NCBI RefSeq assembly: GCF_006345805.1 | Contig: NW_021831855.1 | Location: forward strand, 4,970-68,969 | DNA from: Octopus sinensis | Lineage: Eukaryota | Direction: 5' to 3' | Length of the DNA stretch: 64,000 bases | The notes under the pieces: generated by a model | Database searches by the model: none | Seen by the model: only the letters and a program-made list of their open reading frames with translations | Told to the model about the DNA's origin: nothing | Shown here: positions 1 to 11,790 of the stretch, one piece after another | Layout: the number at the start of each line of letters is the position of its first letter | Position numbering within the stretch: the stretch's first letter is position 1 | Program-made: the position numbers and the translations under genes

Positions 1-243
1 TGTAAATGTGTATGTGTGTATAAATATATATATGTGTGTGTGTGTCTGCCTGTGTTTGTCCCCCACTACCTCTTGACAGCCAGAGTTATATTTATGTCTC
101 CCGTAACCAAGCAATTCGGCAAAAGACACTGATAAAATAAGTACCAAGTTTTAAAGAATATATGAAAAGTATTTCAAGGCGGTGCTCCAACATGGGCACA
201 GTCTAATGGTTGAAACAAGTCGAAGAAAACATATATACATATA

Positions 244-450
244 GGCGCAGGTGTTGTGGCTGTGTGGTAAGTAGCTTGCTTACCAACCACATGGTTCTGG
301 GTTCAGTCCCACTGCATGGCACCTAACTTAGCGGTTCAGCAAAAGAGACCGATATAATAAGTACTAGGCTTACACAGAATAAGTCCTGGGGTCGATTTGC
401 TCGACTGAAGACAGTGCTCCAGCATGACTGCAGTCAAATGACAAATACAA
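244..450 (+). mobile_element. tRNA-derived SINE (family A), internally deleted copy
   Basis: Head GTGGCTGTGTGGTAAG...GGGTTCAGTCCC resembles Pol III A/B boxes. The body (AAGTACTAGGCTTAC...GTCGATTTGCTCGACT...CCAGCATG) recurs at 60-220 and, reverse-complemented, at 6203-6545 and 46755-46960. Confidence 0.75.
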
Positions 451-692
451 AAAAATATATACACATATACATTCGTGAGGTAAAATCATGTAGCAAACCA
501 AATGGCGGTGCCCCAGCATGGCCACAGCTCATGAGCTGAAACTGGAAAAATAGAAAAATAGAAATATATTGTTTTTATATCAAATTATAATAGAAAAATT
601 TTAATATTGGAACTGAAGAATTATTCAGTAGTCTTTGTAGAATATAAATTTATCATTCTTTAATGAGAAGAGTAGTGATAATGCCTTCATCG

Positions 693-738
693 GACAGTCT
701 GATGACAGTTAGTTGGCCGAAGCTTCGAAGTCACTGTC
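693..738 (+). ncRNA. type I hammerhead ribozyme-like motif (family with GAAACTTCGAAGTC stem III)
   Basis: Stem I GACAGT/ACTGTC, core CTGATGA, GAAGCTTCGAAGTC. Stem II is degenerate. Related motifs at 41844-41893 and 50296-50342. Confidence 0.6.
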
Positions 739-1208
739 ACCACTTTTCTTCTAAATGTATATTATACATATGTGTGTGTGTGTGTTGTGTTGCATGTGTG
801 TGTGTGTGTAATTGGGCGCAACGTAACCAAATAGTTAAAAAGTTCTGTTCGCAACCCCGAGGTTTCGGGTTTGTTCCCACTGTATAGCGTTTTGAATAAA
901 TATTTTCTGTGGCTACCGATCGATCCATACCTTGTAAGGGAAACTGAGCAGACGGATATTGTACAGAAGCCCTTCGGGTCGAGTGTGTCTCAAATTAGGA
1001 GAAACAACTTCGTTACACTCTGCATCACATTGATACTGCCTGAGAATGACTTTGGTGGAATATGAGTCTATGGAATAAATTTAGACTTAGATAAACTTAG
1101 ATATGTTTCGACCAAAGATTGGTCCAGGCCATGTCTAACTTAATAGCACCACCTGATAGGATTATTCGAATCCTGTTTAAGTCAAGTTTTGTTTAAGTCA
1201 AGTTTTGT

Positions 1209-3332
1209 TCAAGTAGTGAGTTCTTGTTGGGTGAGTTGTATCCAGTTTTGTTCAAGTAGTGAGTTCTTGTTGGGTGGGTTGTATCCAATTATGGGTGGCT
1301 TATCTGGTATTCTTTGAAGGAATCTATTCAGACTCTGTTTAAAGTTGATGGGATCCTTTTCCTCTTTGATCTCCTTCAGGACAATGTTAAATAGGGCAGG
1401 GCCTGTTGAGGAAAAGAAATTATGTTGCAGTGTACATGTATGTTGTGATCTTGAATTGGGCAGGGGACGTATAGCCCGTGATCCAAGTCTTGGATGAACT
1501 TTGAAGCTAATGTTTAGGTCGTTTGGGCAAAATTGGCGGTATATTTTCCACATCGTACAAATGATGTACCGCTCACGGCGACGCTGGAGGGAGTAAAGTT
1601 TCAAGGCTTTAAGGCGATCCCAATAATCGAGAACAGCCATGCCTTCAATTTGTTTAGTGAGTGCCCTCTGGGGTGACTCAATTCTGGAGATGTTTTGTCT
1701 TGTGTGAGGAGACCACAGTGGGCAGCAGTATTCAAGGTGTGGCCGTACAAAGGAGGAAAAAAGTGGTATGATGACACCTTGTTCTCTGGACCGGAAAGTT
1801 CTTAAGATCCAGGAACTCATCCTACGAGCTATATCGACCTTCTTGTTGATGTGTGCACTCCAACTGAGATCGTCATCAACAATTACACCCAGGTCTCTGA
1901 TATTGTTAGAAGCTGTGAGCGGTTCCCCTGAAGGAAGAGAGTATGGTTGTTTTAGTGAGGAATTTCTTCCAAAATGCATCAGCTCAAATTTTCCCTCATT
2001 CAGTTGCATTTTGTTTCTGTCTGCCCATTGACTCACAGCATATAGATCAGACTGGAGTTGAGTTCGGTCTGCTTCTTCATTGACGATTTGCTGGAGCTTA
2101 GTGTCATCAGCAAATATTTTCACTTTGCAGTAATGTACGACACTGGAAAGGTCGTTTACGTAAATTATGAAGAGTAGCGGACCCAAAACAGTTCCCTGGG
2201 GAACACCGCTGGTGACTTTTGCTGGGTTTGAGTGGACTCCATCAACTACATGTTGTGTTCTATTCGCCAGGAAATACTGAATCCAGTGTAGAACTTTTCC
2301 ACGGATTCCAACGTTTGCCAATTTTGAGAGTAGGATGTTATGGTCTACCCTGTCGAACGCTTTACTGAAGTCAAGATATATGACGTCAGAGTTCGAACCT
2401 GTTCCCAAAGCTTTGAGTACATCTTCAATGTGGTGTAAGAGCTGTGTTAGACAGTCCCTGCCACAGCGAAAGCCATGCTGATTTGCATTTAGGAGTTTGT
2501 GGGTCTCCAGGAAGTCAGCTATCCTTGATCTTAACACTCTTTCAAACACTTTAATGATGTGGGAGGTGAGTGAAATTGGGCGATAGTTGACTGCGAGGGA
2601 TCTGTTTCCCTGTTTGAAAACCGGGATGACCGACTGGGATAGAAACTGTTTCGGTATATAACCTGCGTCTAACGAATTTCTCCAGAGGTTGGTCAGAGGG
2701 ACTGCAAGTTGGTATCTACATTCCTTCAGGAGACTAGCGGGAAGTCTATCAGGGCCTACAGCAGAGTAATGTTTGACCTCATTTATTGCTGCTACGATGT
2801 CGGTGGCAGTGAAGGTTATGTCTGAGATTTTGTGTTGGGAGTCAACTTCGTTCCTTTCCCTTACGCCAATATCAGTGGGAACACTAAAGACAGAGCAGTA
2901 TTGTTTCTGCAGTATTTCTGCCATTTCTTTAGCATCGTGTTGGGGAATGCCGTTATCATCAATCAATGGCCCAATGGGTGAGACAGTGGTTCTATGCTTA
3001 TTTGCATAAGAATAGAACACTTTTGGGTTCTGTTTGATGTTTTTGATTACCCATTGTTCCTCCACAGCTCTTTGATTTTCAATGGAGGTTTTCATGTTGG
3101 TCTGCAGATGAAGTTCTTCCAGCTCTAGTCTTTTCATTGTTGTTGAATGTGGATGTTGTGTGTGGGAATATTTTAATTGGTTGATTTTTTTGTTGAGTCT
3201 TTTGATGCGCCTGATGAGGTTTTTTTTTCTTTTTAGGGAGCCGGTTTCTGTTTGTGTTAGTAGATTTCTTGGGAGCGTGTTTAGAGCATGTATAGGTGAC
3301 AATGTTTTCAAAATGCTGCCACGCGGTCTCAA
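1209..3332 (-). CDS. LINE ORF2 reverse transcriptase domain and C-terminus (open for ~700 aa)
   Basis: Motifs NYRPISLTS, NQHGFR, YLDFSKAFD, GVPQGTVLGPLLF, FADDTK, DLGV and RPHLEYCCPLWSP are typical of CR1/L2-group RT. Confidence 0.95.
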   Translation of the reverse strand: MRPRGSILKTLSPIHALNTLPRNLLTQTETGSLKRKKNLIRRIKRLNKKINQLKYSHTQHPHSTTMKRLELEELHLQTNMKTSIENQRAVEEQWVIKNIKQNPKVFYSYANKHRTTVSPIGPLIDDNGIPQHDAKEMAEILQKQYCSVFSVPTDIGVRERNEVDSQHKISDITFTATDIVAAINEVKHYSAVGPDRLPASLLKECRYQLAVPLTNLWRNSLDAGYIPKQFLSQSVIPVFKQGNRSLAVNYRPISLTSHIIKVFERVLRSRIADFLETHKLLNANQHGFRCGRDCLTQLLHHIEDVLKALGTGSNSDVIYLDFSKAFDRVDHNILLSKLANVGIRGKVLHWIQYFLANRTQHVVDGVHSNPAKVTSGVPQGTVLGPLLFIIYVNDLSSVVHYCKVKIFADDTKLQQIVNEEADRTQLQSDLYAVSQWADRNKMQLNEGKFELMHFGRNSSLKQPYSLPSGEPLTASNNIRDLGVIVDDDLSWSAHINKKVDIARRMSSWILRTFRSREQGVIIPLFSSFVRPHLEYCCPLWSPHTRQNISRIESPQRALTKQIEGMAVLDYWDRLKALKLYSLQRRRERYIICTMWKIYRQFCPNDLNISFKVHPRLGSRAIRPLPNSRSQHTCTLQHNFFSSTGPALFNIVLKEIKEEKDPINFKQSLNRFLQRIPDKPPIIGYNPPNKNSLLEQNWIQLTQQELTT

Positions 3333-4170
3333 TATGAGAGGAATTGAGAGTAAAAGACCAGTCGATGGAAGACAGATCCTTTCTGATTGTTCCCCAGTCC
3401 GCTTTGTGGAAGTTTATTGTTGTCAAATGGGTGCCATGGAGTGGGATTGGCTGGTTTGGTTTTTATATGTCGGGAATTAAGATTGCAGAGTACCATGTCG
3501 TGGTCTGAGAGGAGAGTTTTTTCGACTGAAATACTGTGAACGTAGCTAGAGTGATTGGTCAATACCAGACCCAAGATCGTTTTATTCTGTCTCGTTGGTT
3601 CAAGCACTAGCTGAGTCAAGAAATACTCATCCATCAGATTAAAGAGCAGTTCTGCTGCTGCTCTATCTGATGTAGAGCCCTTGCCTAACTTCAGAGTATT
3701 TGTGGGCCAGTTCACATGAGGGAGGTTAAAATCACCCATCACTAGTATGTTTCCAGAGTGGTACTTCCGAAGGAAGGACTTGACTTTGCTAAGGCACTCT
3801 TCAAAGTACTTTAGAGGTGTCTGGGGAGGCCTGTAAAGACCAACAATGGTTATGTCCTTGGCTTTGTTGTATAGTGATACCGATTCGATTCACAGTAGCC
3901 ATTGGAAAATATGTCCTTGGCATCAAGTGAAAAGGAGTCATGGATAAAGATGGCTGTCCCTCCCTTATTTCGGTCTGTGCGATCCGCACGAACAATGGTG
4001 AAATCTTTTATTTTCACCTCTGCGTCCATATGGGTGTTGTTCAGGTGAGTCTCGGTAAGGATAAAGAAAGGGAAGCAATGTGCCATTTCGGCAAGCCAAC
4101 TCTCTATATATGGGATCTTCCATTTTTGGGCAATAATTGATGGGTTGATGCCACGTACATTTAACAGGAA
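3329..4170 (-). pseudogene. LINE ORF2 apurinic-like endonuclease (APE) domain, frameshifted
   Basis: LNVRGIN, LTETHL, RADR..KGGTAIFI (ORF 3850..4881) and GDFNLP, EPTR, LSDH (ORF 3329..3742). Confidence 0.9.
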
Positions 4171-5368
4171 TGTCGAGGTAAGGGAAGTGGTAATGGGTGA
4201 GGTGAGTGGTCCTTGTGATTTGCATAGATGGTTGGTGATAGCTCGCTGGATCTCCTGGCTTAGGTTGGCCTTCATATTTTCTAGGTATGTCAGTAAAAAC
4301 GAGTTACTTGTTTGGTTTGCCACTTGGTCAGAGGATACATATTTCATGTTGGCGTTATTTGGTGTTTTTTCATGGTTCTGTCTACGTTGTTTGATTGTAG
4401 GAGGGGAAACGTGGTTGTATTTTGTTCTTGTTGTTGTCCTAGATTTCCTCTGTTCCTGTTTATATTTATTCTGTGATCGTTTTGTGCCCTTCAGATGGTG
4501 GTGGTTGCATTCTGGGTTCAGGCACATCCTTTGTGAGACAGAAGTTTGGTACAGTTTAGGATGGAATAAGGTGCATCCATTGCCTTTTATGCATCCGTAT
4601 TTAGGATCAGAACCATAGATTCTGTATTTAGGACAGTATTTGGGGTGGAGGTGGGGGCAATTTTTTCCTGTGCCCATAACAAGTCTACGACATAAGGTCG
4701 GATGGGAAAAAGCACAGCGTCCATTGTTGTTTGTGCCGCTGGGGCCAAATCTACAATTGCCTTTAGAATAGTAACGGCAGGGGGTTTTATTTGGTTGTAG
4801 TAGTGGTTTTTCTATTCTGGCAGTTAGAAGCAGCTTGTTGATTTTGTGATGGTGGGTTCTGGCTTGCCAGGATGTGGTCAAATCTGCAGCTGCCTTGAGA
4901 GTAGTAATGGCAGATAGTTTTACGTGGATGTAGTAGTGATTTTCCTATTGTGGCAGTAGTAGTAGTGGAGAGTTGTTTTTGTTGTAGCAGCATTGGAACT
5001 TGACTAGTGGTAGTATTAGAGTGTTGTTGACTTGGTTCATCATGTGCTGTTGTCAATGGAAGTAGGTCAGTTGATTGTTGCTGTTGAAGTGACCCCTGAC
5101 CTGTTGGAATTTGGTCATTTGGTATACTGGATTCGTTGGCAAGAATGGCTTTTAGTGTAGCCATGTGCGCGTGAAAAATAGGGAATATCCTAACAATTTC
5201 TTTTATTTTATTTTCTATCTGTTTTACAGATCTGTGAAAGGATTTTTTCGTTAAATCCTCTGTTATTTTACTGTAAACATTAGCTTCGTTGTGATGGATG
5301 AACCAAGCGTTAATCATTGCAGTAATTTCATTTTCAACCCAGCGGCGTGTTTGAAAATTATTGGCCAT
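4171..5368 (-). pseudogene. LINE ORF1: Myb/SANT(trihelix)-like N-terminus, Q/T-rich linker, tandem CCCH zinc fingers; one frameshift near 4880
   Basis: RRWVENEITAMINAW...VYSKITEDL...FHRSVKQIENKIKEI; CRYYSKGNCRFG...CAFSHP; CPKY...GCIKGNGCTLFHP; MCLNPECNHHH. Confidence 0.75.
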
Positions 5369-5970
5369 ATTCAGTGGGGTAGTGTTGTGTAATATATATA
5401 TGTATGTATGTGTATGCGTGTATATGTATATGCACACCAGTTATTGATGGCTTGATGTAAAATAGTGCATACACCGTTGAAAAGTTTGTGTCGATATACT
5501 CGATAAATAGTGAATACACCGTTGGAAAGTTTGTGTCGATATACTCGGAAATTCGTGGCTTGTGTGTGTGAGAGTTCAGTGTAATTAGTACAATCAGGAT
5601 GAGCGGTGTGTTTAATACAGATCAAGAAAAAATACTCAACCATTTACAAAAAAAAAACTGAGTTGATCGAACAAAGGAATTACCATTGTCGGGACCACTG
5701 GGGATCCATCCCTACCCACAGAGCGTCATTGGAGGAGTATTTTTTGTCACTTGCCCGTGACGAAAAATACTCCTCTAGTACTGTTGTGACTTCGTCTTCA
5801 GAACTCATTTTTTCCGTCCAAATGATTTTGAAAACTGCAGAATAAATGATAATTAGATGGGGAAATGTCCGGCGAATATGGTGGGTGGGGCATCGTTCCC
5901 CATTCAAACTGCTCCAGCCTTTAGAATGTTATCCTCGCTGTATGTGGCCGAGCATTATTTATGGGATGAC

Positions 5971-6011
<41 letters not shown>

Positions 6012-6075
6012 ATTTGTTGAGTACATAAACAGCTTGGCTGCTTGTTTCTGTGGAGATTGTCAAAATGATGTAGAC

Positions 6076-6118
6076 GCCTCTGATGAGAACCCGATAAGGT
6101 CCGAAAATCGGTTAAGGT
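6076..6118 (+). ncRNA. minimal hammerhead-like motif
   Basis: GCCT-CTGATGA-GAACC(CGATAA)GGTCC-GAAAATCGGTTA-AGGT, with one mismatch in stem II. Confidence 0.45.
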
Positions 6119-6202
6119 TGTTAATTTTTTCAGTCTGTGGAGAAATGGCTAAAATTTGCCATGTTTATAATTATACCATATGTTACATATATTTATATTT
6201 CT

Positions 6203-6545
6203 TTTACTTGTTTCAGTCATTTGACTGCGACCATGCTGGAGCATCGCCTTTAGTCGAACAATTCAACCCCAGGACTTATTTTTTGTAAGCCTGGTACTTA
6301 TTCTATCGGTTCCCTTTCCCGAACCGCTAATTTACGGGCACCTAAACACACCAACATCGGTTAAGCGAGGGTGGATGACACACACACACACACACGCACA
6401 TATACGACGGGCTTCTTTCAGTTTCAATCTACCAAATCCACTGAAAAGGTTTTAGTTGGCCCGAGGCTATAGTAGAAGACACTTGCCCAAGGTGGCACGC
6501 AGTGGGACTGAACCTGGAGCCATGTGGTTGGGAAGCAAGCTTCCT
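6203..6545 (-). mobile_element. tRNA-derived SINE (family A), near full length
   Basis: Reverse complement of the 244-450 element, with an internal (CA)n and the Pol III-type head at 6495-6545. Confidence 0.8.
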
Positions 6546-6684
6546 ATATATGTTCAATTACAGCTTCGTGACGGGTAGCGGTAACTAAACCGATCTGAAT
6601 GTACCTACACGTAGACTAAAAGAATTACATGTACTCTTAATAAAAATGTATATATGTACCTATTCGTCTGTCTGTTCCTGTATC

Positions 6685-6687
6685 TGC

Positions 6688-6761
<74 letters not shown>

Positions 6762-6803
6762 GCCTATCTATCTATCTACCTATCTGCCTATCTATCTATC
6801 TGC

Positions 6804-6857
<54 letters not shown>
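6685..6857. repeat. (TCTA)n microsatellite
   Basis: Direct reading. Confidence 0.98.
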
Positions 6858-7764
6858 GCATATCCAGCCATCACTGTCTGTCTGACTGTTTGTCTGTCTT
6901 TCTGCCTGTGTATCTAAGTATTCAACCAACTGAGTATTATGCGTATATGCATATATATTTTCTGTACACACACCACACACACACACACACACATCCTTTT
7001 ATTCAATATTTATGTAAGCATGTATGTGAGTATACATATATGTACGCATATATAGATGCATATTTATAATCAATATGTCCCGATATACATGTACATGCAC
7101 ACATACACACTTGTAAAATATATATATGTACACACATGATTACATACATAAAATGCGTAGATGATCGAGTATACACGTGTACGTAGGAACGTGATAAATG
7201 TGTGTATGCATCCATGTGTGCGTTTATACTGCACGACCTTACACGTATAGGAATTCTCTAAACTCCATCAAACCGAAACTATGCAACATATGGAGGCGAG
7301 AAAATATCTTCAGCCAGCTTTCATATGTAATTTATAGTTAATAGAATTACCTTCCTGGGGCGAAAAGGCTTCAGGGAGTTAAAGAAGTTCTTATTAAGAT
7401 GGACATGAGATATCTGAATCGATGAGGTAATTCTACATTATGGAGGACCTCATGTTAAGGACGAAATAGAAATTGAAAACGAAAAACGCTAGCTTTTAGC
7501 AGGGGTGGTGGCGATGATGATGGAAGGGAATGGCGTTGTTGTTGTTGTTGTGGTTTGGTCCAAGTTCAACCTTGATTGAGAAGATCTGTGCCCCAAAATA
7601 ATGCTGTTGGGATCAAAGACGCAGGAATAACCGTTAGCTTTGCACCCACGTAGCCTCAGGTTCGGTTTTCACTGTGTTATACATTTGGAGAAAAGTCTTC
7701 TAATGCAGCCTCCGACTGTCTAATGCCTTTTTAATGAATGTGGCGGACGCAAACTTTCTATACA

Positions 7765-7809
<45 letters not shown>

Positions 7810-8019
7810 CAAGACAAATGCATTCACACACGTGTATATAATATATATTATATAAATATACAAATATATATATATATATATAAGACAAATGCATGCACAA
7901 ACGTGTGATAATATATAATAAGACAAATGCATGCACAAACGTGTGTATAATATATATATATATATATATATATATGAATATACAAATATATATTTACATG
8001 TGTGTATATATATATACAC

Positions 8020-8204
8020 ATGTATACACAAATATATATTTACATTTTTTCTCACCTTGTTTCTCTTTGTTTTTCTGTGTACCTTTCTGTAGGAGAGCGT
8101 AGGCTCGAAACGTAAAATACTTTTTATATTCCTGAGCGTTATACTAATACATCTGTTTGTTTTGTACACCACCTGTCTTCGTCTTTTGTTTTTTCGTAAA
8201 CTCT

Positions 8205-8257
<53 letters not shown>

Positions 8258-8528
8258 GTATACATATATATGTATATATATATATATTATTGAAGTAGAT
8301 AAATGAATTATCTTATTACGGATAATTCAAATGATGATAACCGATACATGGGTAGCAAATATCACAACACAAAAAGCACGGTTGAAGTTACGACCATGGG
8401 GTATAAAATCCGTGCCTTAATGCGGAAATCTGAAGTTTTATATATTAAGTGTAGGAAGAAATGGAGCTGAACGAGGATTTAACAAAATTCCTTTTAAATC
8501 TTCATTCAGCTCCATTTCTTCCTACACT

Positions 8529-8576
<48 letters not shown>

Positions 8577-8781
8577 TATATATATATATATATAGGAGGA
8601 GTTTAAGAAAAAAAACAAAAGACGAAGACAGGTGGTGTACAAAACAAACAGATGTATTAGTATAACGCTCAGGAATATAAAACGTCTTTTACGTTTCGAG
8701 CCTACGCTCTTCTACAGAAAGGTACACAGAAAAAACAAGGAGAAAAAAAGGAGAGAAAAAAACGTAAATATATATTTGTGT

Positions 8782-8790
<9 letters not shown>
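8020..8790. repeat. inverted pair of ~190-bp Penelope-pLTR-like segments (~8020-8208 + and ~8593-8785 -), each with a degenerate hammerhead
   Basis: CTTT-CTGTAG(G/A)A-GAGC(GTAG)GCTC-GAAACGTA-AAA in both arms. A third copy is at 21545-21820. All are embedded in (TA)n. Confidence 0.7.
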
Positions 8791-8817
<27 letters not shown>

Positions 8818-8955
8818 CAAAATATATATTTACAGATATATATATATATATATATATACAAATATATATTTACATGATATATATATATTATATATATACA
8901 AATATATATTTACATGTATATATAATATATATAGATATATATACAAATATATATT

Positions 8956-8993
<38 letters not shown>

Positions 8994-9009
8994 AATATAT
9001 ATTTACGTG

Positions 9010-9056
<47 letters not shown>

Positions 9057-9105
9057 AATATATATTTACATGTAATATATATATATATATATACAAATCT
9101 ATATT

Positions 9106-9152
<47 letters not shown>

Positions 9153-9939
9153 CACACACACAAAAATATATGTACATGTATATATATATATATATACACA
9201 AATATATATGTACATGTATACATATATATATACAAATATATATTTACATGTATACATATATTTATATATACACATATATTTACATGTATACACACACACA
9301 TGTATAAACACACACGCGCACATGGATATATTTGTAAGAACAGAAAACGAAACTCAATAATGTCAGAACTTTCAGTTGTTCTTAACAGCTGTTTCCATGA
9401 GTTACACGAAAATATCAACTATAAATGATTACAATAATTACACCAATTGATTGTAGCCTTTAATTGAATTTAGTCGAATGTGATGAGGAAGTCATTTAAT
9501 CAGGAGTATGTTGTTATTTCAGAAATAGGAATGTGTGTGCGCGCGTGCATGTCTTTCTGTCTGTCTTTACGATAACACAGCTCGAAAAATCGGTGATGCT
9601 AAGGAGATGTACTGGACTTTTAGATAAATGTTGGCGGCGGGGAGGTGTATATGATTGACACACAGCCTTCAAGGTGGGGATCCAGTTTGGCCGCATTCCA
9701 ATGACTGAACATTGTCTAACATGCCCTTCCTCTAACAAAACACTGGGGTTATGCTTTGAAGATGATTAGGTTGATATTTCTAGCAGGCTGACTGACCACA
9801 TAGAGGTTGGTGCTGATAATAGTAATATCTATGATCGAGTAGGATGGGATATCGTAGTTGCTGTTGTCATTGTTGTTGTTGATTTTAACCCTGCTGATCT
9901 TCGGTATGTTTATGGTGTCGAATGCAACGATATTATTAC

Positions 9940-10135
9940 TTGCGGGAAGGTGACAAGCCGGACAAAATGCTTAGAAGCATTTCGTCCGTCTTTACGTTCT
10001 GAGTTCAAGTTCCACCAAGGTCGATTTTGCCTTTCATCCTTTCGGGGGTCAATGAAATAAGTACCAGTAAAGTGCTGGGATCGATTAAATCGACTCATCC
10101 CCCTCCCCCAAATTTCAGGCCTGTAGTAGAAAAGA
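9940..10135 (+). mobile_element. tRNA-derived SINE (family B; core GCCTTTCATCCTTTCGGGGTCGATAAA)
   Basis: B-box-like GAGTTCAAGTTCC. The same family occurs at 13185-13400(-), 18880-19010(+), 26385-26570(+), 28575-29320(-, several), 31755-31920(-), 44720-44830(+), 46270-46400(+) and 60131-60330(+). The core resembles the Meta-domain of MetaSINEs (recall). Confidence 0.8.
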
Positions 10136-10639
10136 TATTAATATTTGTGGTGATATTTATGTTCGTGTCGGTATTGTCAGTGGCGTCGGCGGGAGCATCG
10201 GTGGTAATGGCGATAATTGTAAATTTGGAGTGTTTATAATAATGTTAATGAAGCGCAACACGATAACGCTGCTGCTGCTGCTGATGATGATGATGAAGAT
10301 GATGGTGGAGGTAATGATGACGGTGAATAATGATCATAATACACATGATGATGATAGTAGTGGTGGTGATAAAAAAATACGCTCATATAACGTAAGAAAG
10401 ACGGCAGGAAAATTACTCGTGGTCGCCTGCTGCAGGAAAACTTAACAGCAAAGGTGGTGTTGGCATGATTTGGTAATATGACTGTCATAATAGTAGCGGT
10501 GGTGGTGATGGTCGGGGTAGTGATGATGATGGTGGTGGTGGTGAATGCAGTAGTGGCGAACGTTAGTGGTTCAAATGGTAATGATGATGGTGATAGTGGT
10601 TGTGGTGATAATGAAAATGAAGATGGAAGAGAGAGAAAA

Positions 10640-10750
10640 TGAAAGATAGATCGATAGAGAGATGGATAGGTCGATAGCTAGACACAGACAGACAGACAGA
10701 CACAGACATACATACATACATACATACATACATACATACATACATACAGG

Positions 10751-10781
<31 letters not shown>

Positions 10782-10823
10782 GCACAGACAGACAGACAGA
10801 CACAGACAGACACATACATACAT

Positions 10824-10895
<72 letters not shown>

Positions 10896-11065
10896 GCACA
10901 GACAGACAGACAGACAGACAGACACAGACAGACAGACAGACACACAGAGACAGACAGAGACAGACATAGATAGATACAGACAGACAGATAGACAGATACA
11001 GATAGAGAGATGGATAGTTAAATTGACAAATAGACAGAGGTAGATAGATGGGGAGAGAGTGAGGG

Positions 11066-11100
<35 letters not shown>
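10640..11100. repeat. compound (GACA)n/(TACA)n/(GATA)n/(GA)n microsatellite
   Basis: Direct reading. Confidence 0.97.
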
Positions 11101-11102
<2 letters not shown>

Positions 11103-11629
11103 GATAGGGAAGCGTACACCAAAATGAATGGTGACACTGAAATTGTGCCGTAAATCATAGAGAGACATTTGGTGGATGTGCTCTCGCTGTCGTATCATAT
11201 CAACGATATTACATTGGCTGTAGTGGTGGTGGTGGTGAGAGGTGTATATTGTGGTAGTTGACAAAGTAGGATATACGAAGGTATAGATACAGGGAGATAC
11301 GAGTAGACACATACATATACATACAGACATATACGTGTATATACACACGCACATATATGAGCATTTACACACATATGTGTGTAATATATATCTGTATGCC
11401 TATCTCTCTCTCTCTCATTATATATATATATATATATATATATATAGATGTATAGCTATATATGTACACTTGTATGTAAGTATGTATTTTTGTATGTATG
11501 TGTGTGTATATGTGTGTATATGTATATATATATATATATATATATACATACACACACACACACACATGGACATGCGTATGAACATATGCATATATATATA
11601 TAATACGCATATATATATATATATATAGA

Positions 11630-11670
<41 letters not shown>

Positions 11671-11737
11671 CATATTACATATATATATGCACACACACAT
11701 ATACGCATATACATAATATACATATATGCACGCATGC

Positions 11738-11790
<53 letters not shown>

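Larger units (their letters stand above)
1081..5600 (-). mobile_element. near-full-length CR1-group (CR1/L2/Crack/Daphne-like) LINE, frameshifted
   Basis: ORF1, AP endonuclease and RT in order on the minus strand. The 3' tail ends in ATCTAAG-type short repeats at ~1081-1103. The 5' UTR has a 45-bp tandem repeat (5461-5548). The 5' boundary is approximate. Confidence 0.9.

Noticed and set aside
244-320. tRNA gene
   Set aside because: It has A/B-box-like motifs but no complete cloverleaf and continues into a SINE body.
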